From Candidatus Methylomirabilota bacterium (GTDB lineage Bacteria; Methylomirabilota; Methylomirabilia; Rokubacteriales; CSP1-6): a stretch of 11,185 nucleotides of DNA. The stretch covers positions 1-11,185 of the forward strand of contig JBKPAK010000203.1 in NCBI GenBank assembly GCA_046726415.1, read 5' to 3'. The position numbers and the translations under genes were made by a program. The notes under the pieces are model-generated. The model searched no databases. It saw only the letters and a list, made by a program, of their open reading frames with translations, and was not told the DNA's origin. This document shows, piece by piece, positions 1 through 6,473 of this stretch (the first letter of the stretch is position 1; the number at the start of each line of letters is the position of its first letter).

Positions 1-2
1 GC

Positions 3-704
3 ATCCAGCTGGGCCCGCTCGTCGCGTGCACCGCGTTCCATGCCCCGGCGATGCTCGCCAAGAAGGCGGCCACCGTCGACGAGATCAGTGGTGGCCGGCT
101 GATTCTGGGCCTGGGGGCCGGGTGGAATCAGACGGAGTTCCGGGCCTTCGGGTTTCCCTACGAACAGCGCGTGGCCCGCTTCCAGGAGGCGTTCACGATT
201 ATTCGCCGGCTTCTCCGGGAGGGAGCCGTCGACTTCGAGGGGCGCTTCTACCAGCTCCGCGACTGCGAGCTTGTCCCCCGCGGCCCGCGTCCCGGTGGTC
301 CGCCGCTCATGATCGGCTCTACCGGCCCGCGCATGTTGAGGATCGCTGTGCCCTATGTCGACGCCTGGAACGCGTGGTACGCCAAAACTGGTAATCGGCC
401 CGAAGGCATTGTCCCGCTCCGCGCCCAGGTCGATGGCGCATGCCTCGCGGTTGGGCGCGACCCCACGAGCCTGGAGCGAACGGTAGCGGTCCTGGTCCAG
501 CTGCCGACTGGTGCCGGCCGGATCTCGGGCGAGGCGTGGACTGTACCCCCGCTCACCGGGGCACCCGAGGCCATAGCGGCCGGGCTCCAGGCGTACGCCC
601 AGCAGGGCATCGGTCACGTCCAGTTGGTCCTGGACCCAATCACCGTAGGCTCGATCGAAGCTCTGGGGCGAGTTCTGGAACTGCTCGATCACACGAGCCC
701 GTAG
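3..704 (+). CDS. LLM-class (luciferase-like) flavin/F420-dependent oxidoreductase, 5'-partial
   Basis: Frame is open from the window start (IQLGPLVACTAFHAPAMLAKKAATVDEISGGRLILGLGAGWN). It carries the LLM motifs 'A(K)xAATVDxISGGRLILGLGAGW', 'FEGRFYQL' and 'PPLMIGSTGPRMLRIA'. TAG stop at 702-704. Confidence 0.93.
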   Translation: MQLGPLVACTAFHAPAMLAKKAATVDEISGGRLILGLGAGWNQTEFRAFGFPYEQRVARFQEAFTIIRRLLREGAVDFEGRFYQLRDCELVPRGPRPGGPPLMIGSTGPRMLRIAVPYVDAWNAWYAKTGNRPEGIVPLRAQVDGACLAVGRDPTSLERTVAVLVQLPTGAGRISGEAWTVPPLTGAPEAIAAGLQAYAQQGIGHVQLVLDPITVGSIEALGRVLELLDHTSP

Positions 705-731
705 GTAGGTTGAACACCTGAGACAGAAGCC

Positions 732-754
732 GCCTAACGCTACGTTGAGCGGCC
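732..754 (+). other. integron attC-like half site (R''-spacer-L'')
   Basis: GCCTAAC (fits RYYYAAC) + 5 nt GCTAC + GTTGAGCG, about 27 nt after the LLM stop. No convincing matching arm at normal attC distance. Confidence 0.3.
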
Positions 755-756
755 AC

Positions 757-969
757 TTACGCGGGTGTCGTTTCAAGGGCGACGCGAAGCCGGTCGGTGT
801 CCGGAATCGAGAAATTGAGCTTTTCAAAACCGATGATCCGTCCAGAGGCGTTTCCCATGAGCACTACTTCGTCGCCCGTCTCCTCGCACACGTGTTCCTC
901 GTGCGGGTCGCTGAACCAGACGGTAAGCGTCCGGCCCTCACGATCGTAGAGCACGCTCACTTCGGCCAT
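757..969 (-). CDS. DUF2283-domain putative antitoxin (70 aa)
   Basis: MAEVSVLYDREGRTLTVWF...EETGDEVVLM..SGRIIGFEKLN fits the DUF2283 pattern (YD..LxVxF; GxIIGxE). It is acidic and its start overlaps the upstream toxin 3' end by 13 bp. Confidence 0.88.
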   Translation of the reverse strand: MAEVSVLYDREGRTLTVWFSDPHEEHVCEETGDEVVLMGNASGRIIGFEKLNFSIPDTDRLRVALETTPA

Positions 970-1279
970 ATCCGTATTCCTTCCTTGACCGCGTCAGTCG
1001 GGTAGGTGGTGACCAAGAACGCTTGACCGTCGGCCTGCTTTGCGACGGCACATACCCATCGTCTCGACGCCTCGGCCTTGTAGAACAGAAGCACCTCCGG
1101 GTCGACTCGGCTCTGACGGATTTCGTCCGGGCTCTCCAGGGCCAGTCTGACACTCGACTCGCGACCAGCCATCACCGGATGCTTGACCGTGGCGATCAAC
1201 TCCCACCGCGTACCTTGGTCACGCGCACCGAGAACCCCAACGGGGTGCGAACCTCGAACAGAACGTCGGTGTCGGCCAT
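957..1279 (-). pseudogene. DUF4258/RelE-like putative toxin, frameshifted
   Basis: ATG 1279 gives MADTDVLFEVRTPLGFSVRVTKV and stops at 1196-1198. A second frame continues RWELIATVKHPVMAGRE...PDEIRQSRVDPEVLLFYK...FLVTTYPTDAVKEGIRIWPK. Removing 2 nt (CG) at ~1207-1210 joins them. It sits directly upstream of DUF2283. Confidence 0.8.
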
Positions 1280-1295
1280 GAGGCCATGACGTATG

Positions 1296-1301
1296 ATTCT
1301 A
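1296..1301 (-). promoter_or_regulatory. putative sigma70 -10 box (TAGAAT) of the TA operon
   Basis: TAGAAT on the minus strand, 16 nt upstream of the toxin ATG, in a GC-rich background. No clear -35 or SD. Confidence 0.4.
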
Positions 1302-1461
1302 CGTCGGCCCGTCCTGCTCCCCTCTGGTCATCGTCTTGAGTCCGCGCAACTCTTAGTCGCTGGAACCACGTAGCACCAGCCCGTCGCTCGATATCCGTGC
1401 GGCGGTGGCGATACTCGGGCCGGCGCAAAGAGAAAACGAACGCTTGGCGTCGCGGGCCCTT

Positions 1462-1603
1462 GGCCAGCGGCGAACCTTCAGCTCCGTCCATGTCAACACG
1501 AGCGACAAGAGACTGAACATAGTGATGGCCGCATGAACGGGAATCCAGAAGTCTTGAAGGGGTACTCCTGTACCATGTTGGATCGTCGAAAAGGACGAGG
1601 GCG
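1462..1603 (-). pseudogene. internal fragment of a small membrane protein (DUF1772-like)
   Basis: APSSFSTIQHGTGVPLQDFWIPVHAAITMFSLLSLVLTWTELKVRR resembles a recalled membrane-protein family motif (GTGVPLQxFWIPVHAAIT plus a TM helix). The rest of ORF 1353..2042 is not protein-like. Confidence 0.55.
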
Positions 1604-2003
1604 CCGGCGTCCCTTCCGTGGGGTCGACGCCAAGCCGGTGATCATCCAGTTCGCCCGGGGAGACCGAACCGTGCCTAACCCGCCGACGGCAGCGTTGTAG
1701 CGGGCCGGAGACCTCGCGGATCGCGCGACGTACTATCGCTTCGACCTGTTCCTGGCAGAGAACCCGACTACCCCGTCGTTCGTCAACGATCCTCACTCCT
1801 TTATTCTCCCGAGTTCTCCCTTTGCGCCCCTGCCGCCGGAGGTGTTGGCGGCGGCGAACGCCGTTTCTCTCGGCGCCCAGGATCAGATCGCGGTCTTTTT
1901 TGCCTCCGATGGGGTGGCGATCGTCGATCCCGATGGGCCAGACCCTCTGTTCGAAACCCCGATCGTGCCGCCACTTCCCGAGGATGCGGTGTTCTTCCCG
2001 TGA
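1602..2003 (+). pseudogene. C-terminal remnant of a large secreted alpha/beta-hydrolase-like (often Ig-like-domain) protein, with internal stop
   Basis: Not in the ORF track. Translates RRRPFRGVDAKPVIIQFARGDRTVPNPPTAAL*RAGDLADRATYYRFDL...DPHSF...LGAQDQIAVFFASDG...LFETPIVPPLPEDAVFFP*. In-frame TAG at 1698-1700, terminal TGA at 2001-2003. GDxxVPN and PH match the acid and His motifs of alpha/beta hydrolases. Confidence 0.7.
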
Positions 2004-2120
2004 TGTGGTCGAGCAGGTGAGAACAGGCCGGAGCGAGCCCATTCCCGCGATCGGTCGATATCAGCTGTGTCACCGCGACGAAGGCCCTGGCTGGAGGAAG
2101 ACATGAGGCGGATTAGAGCT

Positions 2121-2270
2121 GGCCGCGTGGCCGCGGACCTCGAGTGAGGGGGTGAAGTGGGCACCGTCCTCGGCCCAGAGTTCCGCGATGGACCGGCGGC
2201 GGCGCTCGCGGTCCGGTTCGTTCCACACGGCGGCGCAGCGCTCCACAGGCTCGTTGAGGTTGCTCATCAT
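2121..2270 (-). pseudogene. SnoaL/NTF2-like protein, N-terminal fragment
   Basis: GGAGG RBS at 2274-2278, then MMSNLNEPVERCAAVWNEPDRERRRRSIAELWAEDGAHFTPSLEVRGHAA (WNE.D...R...IAELW.EDG motif). Family resemblance stops abruptly near 2121. Confidence 0.75.
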
Positions 2271-2309
2271 GTTCCTCCGTAAGGTTCACGCCCCCGCGAG
2301 ACCCGGACT

Positions 2310-2610
2310 CGGGCGCCCTGGGAAATCTTCCAGCAACCGCAGCTGTCCGTGCGGCGGCTCGGGTAGGTACGTTGAGGGGCAGAATCTCGTAATTGAGCGA
2401 CGCTCGCCCTTGGGTCATCCGGGGCGGTTTGTGGAGACTGCTGCCGAGGTCGTGCGTCTTCAGCCAGACGTGATCGTCGTACCGGAACCCGTGTCGCTCT
2501 GGTCGTCAAGGCCGCGACGAGTACGATCCCGATCGTGAGATTAGTCTACGCGCCCATCGAGCGGGGTCTGGCCACAAGCCTGGCGAGGCCCGAGGGCAAT
2601 TTCACGAGGA
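2310..2610 (+). pseudogene. ABC transporter substrate-binding protein (ABC_sub_bind type), internal fragment with 2 frameshifts
   Basis: WEIFQQ..RRLG / YVEGQNLVIERR...AAEVVRLQPDVIVV / TGTRVALVVKAATSTIPIV...PIERGLATSLARPEGNFT. The hallmark motifs GYVEGxNLxIExR, ATxTIPIV and SLARPGGNxTG lie across three reading segments. GGTA duplication at 2362-2369 and a 1-nt loss at ~2480. Confidence 0.85.
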
Positions 2611-2682
2611 CGGCGGAGATCCCGGCGGTGAGATTCTCGGCAAGTGGCTCAGTCTCCTTCGCCGCGCCGGGGGGTTTGGAAT

Positions 2683-3630
2683 TCACCGCTTCGCACCGTG
2701 CGCTGCCTTGGCAAGAGCTTGCACCAGCAAGGGCGCGAACTCGGGTGCATGGCTCTGTGACCGATGTGACCGCCGGGCAGTTCGATCATCTCCCGGCCGA
2801 GCTTCTTGCTCAGTATCGCTGTGACCTCATAGCATGGATATCCACGCGAGTCCCGGCCGACGGCGAACAAGATGCGATCGGCGCGAGGCGTGAGCGCATT
2901 AAGATCGAGATTGATTGCCGGATACTGGCGCAGCTCGTGCTCGAACCAGTAATCGGCATTTGGAAGCGTGTGCTCGGTCTTCGGCGCGGACCATAGCTTG
3001 CCTGTCGACCTCCGCGAATGTCTGGTCGCGGAACTTATTCATCGCGGGCTCTAGACCCGGTTTGCGGTACAGGTCGTAGATCTCGAAGAAAAAGTCCACC
3101 CATTTCTGTCCATCGGGCAATTGCTTCATGATCGGCGGCTCGTAGGGCACAACCGTGCGAACGACCGAAGGGTGATGCTTGAAGAGTTCCAGGGCGATGA
3201 TGGCTCCGGAGCTACTGCCGAAGACGGTCGCTGGTCCTTTGCCGACGTGCGCGATCAAATGCCGCACATCGTTGGCGTCCGTCTCGAGCCGGCGCCCGTA
3301 GTCCTGAGGCCCGTCGAGCTTGCTCAGAGAAAAGCCGCGCCGGTCGTAAGTAACGACGGTGTAGTGCGCCGCCAGAAGTTCCGCCAGCCTTGCGCCGCTG
3401 ACGGCTGAGCCTGGGGCTCCCGGGATGAGAACCATGACCGGGCCACTGCCGCGCGTCTCGTAGTACAGCGTGGCGCCAGAAACTTTGAGGATGTCGTTTT
3501 GAATCTGAGGCTGCGGCTTCGGATGCATCAGCGCCATCGCGTCACGTGGCACGGCCAACGGCAGAGCTGCCATTGCGGCGAGCCCACCGCAGAACGGGCG
3601 CCGCGTAAAGGCTGATAGTTTCGTTGTCAT
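2683..3630 (-). pseudogene. alpha/beta-fold hydrolase with Tat-like signal peptide, two frameshifts
   Basis: ATG 3630 after GGAGAG. TRRPF plus a hydrophobic leader, YDRRG, and the GSSSG nucleophile elbow. After a shift at ~2985 it reads PKTEHTLPNADYWFEHELRQYP...ELPGGHIG. After a second shift at ~2755 it reads HAPEFAPLLVQALAKAAHGAKR*, with TGA at 2683-2685. Confidence 0.85.
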
Positions 3631-3764
3631 CGCTTCTCTCCGGAGTCGGGGTAAGTAGTCAGGCCCTGCTCCATTTGTAACATTCCCCGCTATTTGTCGT
3701 AGTGCGTGGGGCAGAATCCCCCTTGAACCATATGATGGAAGCTGCCTTGTGGTTCTTCCCACAT

Positions 3765-3918
3765 TAAACCGAGTGCGGACGACGGCCTCGCGATTGGCAT
3801 CACGATCGACCGCCACAATCTCTTGAGCGCCTCAGTCCGAGAACCAGAGACGGTTCCCGTGCCAGCGTGGCGACTCACCTATCACCGGCCCCTTCAACAG
3901 GGCTTCCACGCTGCTCAT
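3765..3918 (-). pseudogene. SMP-30/gluconolactonase/LRE family, N-terminal fragment with nonsense codon
   Basis: MSSVEALLKGPVIGESPRWHGNRLWFSD*GAQEIVAVDRDANREAVVR contains the GESPRWH..RLWFSD motif. TGA at 3832-3834 falls where W is expected. The ATG overlaps the GNAT stop (ATGA). Confidence 0.82.
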
Positions 3919-4424
3919 GGGATGGGACGACGGTATTCGACGAGGTCGAGTACGTATCCCTGCACTTCCTGGGAGTGCGTGCTCGGCTCCCCAAACCCCG
4001 ACCTTTCGTCGAAGCGTCGGCCGATGCGGTTGTCTCGCTCGACCGAGACCGTCAGGCATTTGAGACCCCCTCAGCGAATTCCGCGAGGCCGCATCGAGCA
4101 GCCGGGTCCCGATGCCGCCACGCTGCCTGGCCGGCAACACGTAGATTCGCGTCAGCTCCGCCGACTCCGCCGACCGACGCACGTACTGCGCGAACGCGAC
4201 GACCTCCCCACGGGATTCGGCGACGAAGAAAGTAGATCGCTGCGCGCGAGCGCCCGACGCAGGCTCTCTTGCGAATACCAGTCGTCGAGTAATCTCCGCT
4301 GCACCTCATCGGGAATGATCCCGGCGTAGGCCACCGGCCACGCCGTACGAGCGACGGTTTCGACGTTCGGGAGGTCCGTCACCTCGGCTCGCCTGATTGC
4401 TGTGCGCTCCTGGCTCATGTCCAT
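3915..4424 (-). pseudogene. GNAT-family N-acetyltransferase with three frameshifts
   Basis: IRRAEVTDL...AWPVAYAGIIP...WYSQESLRRAL / AQRSTFFVAESRGEVVAFAQY...ELTRIYVLPARQRGGIGTRLLDA / LAEFAE / GLKCLTVSVERDNRIGRRFDERSGF...YRRPIP*. Acetyl-CoA motif QRGGIG. Shifts at ~4245, ~4089 and ~4068. Start could be 4418, 4424 or 4430. Confidence 0.85.
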
Positions 4425-4437
4425 GCTCACGCGTTGC

Positions 4438-5115
4438 TCACCAGATCAGTGGCACGAGACGATGTCGGACTCGCTGCTGGTACTCCGTGTATCCCGGCAA
4501 ATTCCTGGCGAGGACTTTCTCCTCGTCGACAAGCCGCCATATCAGGAACGGCATCATGGCCGCGAGGGCGAGGAAACCCCAGTACGAGCCAAGCGCGAGC
4601 GGCGTGCCAAACGTATAGAGTGAAGCGCTCGCGTACATCGGATGGCGCACGACCGCATAAGGCCCCGTCGTGATGACCTTTTGTTCGACCGCGACTTCGA
4701 TGGTCGCCGACGCGAACGTGTTCGCGCGATAGACGAGGAAAACGAGATACAACCCGACCGCCACCAGGACATCGCCCGCGACAACGCCATAGACGGGGAC
4801 AGAGGACCACCCGAAACGACGGTCGAGCGCGGGCACCACCAGAAGGGCGATGAATCCCAGTGACGTAAAGGCCATGATAAGCCGTTGCGTCGCTTCCTTT
4901 TCGGCAAACGGTCCACCGCGCATGCGACGCTCGAGCAGCGCCGGGTCCTTCCTCATGAGATAGAGCGTCGTCAAGAGCGACGCCCCGAGGAAGACCGACA
5001 GGTACACCCACGCCTGCCAATATCGCATGGTCCCTGCCGCGCCGAACAGCAGAAGGCCCAACGCCGCTGCTAGGACGGCCAGGGCGAGCCATGCTCGCGC
5101 ATTGAGGCGTGTCAT
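4438..5115 (-). CDS. isoprenylcysteine carboxylmethyltransferase (ICMT/PEMT) family membrane protein
   Basis: Intact 225-aa multi-TM ORF with 'QKVITTGPYAVVRHPMY', 'EEKVL..LPGYTEY..RVRHRLVPLIW' and 'DPALLERR'. Alternative GTG start at 5118. Confidence 0.93.
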   Translation of the reverse strand: MTRLNARAWLALAVLAAALGLLLFGAAGTMRYWQAWVYLSVFLGASLLTTLYLMRKDPALLERRMRGGPFAEKEATQRLIMAFTSLGFIALLVVPALDRRFGWSSVPVYGVVAGDVLVAVGLYLVFLVYRANTFASATIEVAVEQKVITTGPYAVVRHPMYASASLYTFGTPLALGSYWGFLALAAMMPFLIWRLVDEEKVLARNLPGYTEYQQRVRHRLVPLIW

Positions 5116-5250
5116 CACCGCTCATGAAGCGCTCGTAATGCCGCGAAGAAACCTAGCGTGCCGAGTCCCGTACGAAACCAATGCCAGCCTGCCCACCGAT
5201 GGAGCAAGGCGCGGACCGCCGAATCTGAAAGGCCCCCGGCGGCCAGCGGT
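5115..5250 (-). pseudogene. DUF1772/anthrone oxygenase-like protein, C-terminal fragment
   Basis: LAAGGLSDSAVRALLHRWAGWHWFRTGLGTLGFFAALRAL carries the RW..WH..RT motif plus a TM helix. Its stop overlaps the ICMT start (GTGATG). Confidence 0.65.
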
Positions 5251-5264
5251 CCGCCGCGGCTCGC

Positions 5265-5525
5265 GTGAATCACGTTGACCGCGATGGCGGGAAAGCACAC
5301 GTCGAACCCCAGGCGATCGTAACCGATCGGCGTCAGATGCGTCCGCGCCGTAGGGAGCGCAGCCTCAGGCACGGCGGAACGTTCGGAGACAGGGAGCGTG
5401 CGCTCGACCGTGTCGAGCGCGCCGTGGAGGCAGCCACACGCCCAGCACTTCTTCGCAGCCGCCGCCTCTTGCAGTCGGGCCGCGGCTTCCTGGATTGGAC
5501 CGTCTTCACGCGTGTTGGCGCTCAT
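5265..5525 (-). pseudogene. Cys-rich N-terminal fragment of a bacterial MtrA-like/DUF4346 protein
   Basis: KKCWACGCLH...YDRLGFDVCFPAIAVN resembles the recalled pattern KCWxCGC...YDCLGCxxCxPA with two Cys lost. It is fused in frame to the DUF1772 remnant. Confidence 0.55.
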
Positions 5526-5784
5526 GGGGCCGATGCCTGCCCACCTCATAATGGTTCATTGTGCAGGACCGATTCCACTCTGTCGTGCCCGGAAGGATCG
5601 GATCAGAAGGACGTCATCGAGCACAGTCCGCCGCGGAGCGGGGCGCCGATGCGGGCTCACCTCCTTCCGTACGCCACCCGGAAGATCTCGATCGCCTCCG
5701 TGGCGCCGAGCTTGGGCGACTCGCGCCCCTCGTTACGCTCGCAAATCAGGCGAGCCCGTCTGGCACCTCTTGGATGGATGGTGC

Positions 5785-6165
5785 CAACTCATCTCTGCCT
5801 CCGCCTTCTCGAACCAGAACTGCATGCCCATTTCTTGGTACATGGCGGTGCCGGTGGCGAGGTGCGTCCGGGCTTGCTCTCGCGTGCCGGCGCGCCGGTA
5901 GAGCCTGCCGGAGCCCGACGTGACAGTGGGCAACGAGTGGGCCCATGCCGAGCGCTTCAGCCAAGGTCGTCGCCTCCCGATAGTGCACTTCGGGCTTCGG
6001 AGAAGACACAGGTTCGCGTCGACCCGATTTCGCCGAGGAGCGAGCGTGAATGCCTCCATGCGGCGCTCGCCATCTCGTTGCGAGGGTGTGAGGGTTCCCT
6101 CAGCAAACGCTATCGCATCGCCAGGACGGTCGGCTAGGAGGTAGACCTGACCCAGATGCGCGATC
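5785..6165 (-). pseudogene. C-terminal TPR region of an adenylate/guanylate cyclase-AAA ATPase-TPR protein, frameshifted
   Basis: HLGQVYLLADRPGDAIAFAE...GERRMEAFTL / LLGEIG...SEA / EVHYREATTLAEALGMGPLVAHCHVGL / GRLYRRAGTREQARTHLATGTAMYQEMGMQFWFEKAEAEM. This is the typical tail (LGMRPLVAHCHLGLG; MYREMGMxFW). Shifts at ~6041, ~5992 and ~5910. Confidence 0.85.
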
Positions 6166-6301
6166 AGGGGATCAGAGCGCCATGAATCCGTTGTTGCGGG
6201 TCGCGGTCCTGTATTCTTGCTCCGCTTGATCATCCGGTACAAGGACGGGCTCATATGCGGCGCGACGCCACGCGCGTGGTGTTCTCACGACCAGCCCGAT
6301 G

Positions 6302-6320
6302 TGTCACCGCCCTGTCACCG
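6302..6320 (+). promoter_or_regulatory. 11-bp-period direct repeat TGTCACCG (Pho-box/OmpR-family-like operator)
   Basis: TGTCACCG at 6302-6309 and 6313-6320, intergenic, ~150 nt upstream of the serine hydrolase. Confidence 0.4.
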
Positions 6321-6473
6321 TTGCTCGCAACCTTGCGGACTCGTGCTGGTCCTCAGCAGTGATGTGATACGCCATCAGGGGATCGGCGCCTCGATTCGCG
6401 TCGCCCACATTGCGGAGGATCGACAGCTGGTGGAAGATCGCCACGGCGCTACGCTCGCACCCGAGGAGGGGGC

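Noticed and set aside
1673-1679. Second GCCTAAC attC-like core
   Set aside because: It encodes the conserved VPN motif of the hydrolase remnant and has no L box.
1353-2042. 229-aa minus-strand ORF as a single gene
   Set aside because: The first two-thirds is antisense to the plus-strand hydrolase remnant, and only ~47 codons look genuine.
3631-3816. SMP-30/hydrolase fusion implied by ORF 2899..3816
   Set aside because: The hydrolase has its own RBS and signal peptide at 3630, and the SMP-30 piece is cut off by a stop. The shared frame is likely coincidence.
1698-3834. Stop-codon recoding (TAG 1698, TGA 3832) as Pyl, Sec or Trp
   Set aside because: Both lie in truncated remnants and are one substitution from the expected codons (TTG, TGG). 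TGA and TAG end intact genes in this window.
5658-5735. Minus-strand peptide NEGRESPKLGATEAIEIFRVAYGRR*
   Set aside because: It looks like another gene tail, but I cannot assign a family.
5265-6137. 290-aa plus-strand ORF
   Set aside because: Lies opposite recognisable minus-strand remnants and has no protein-like features.
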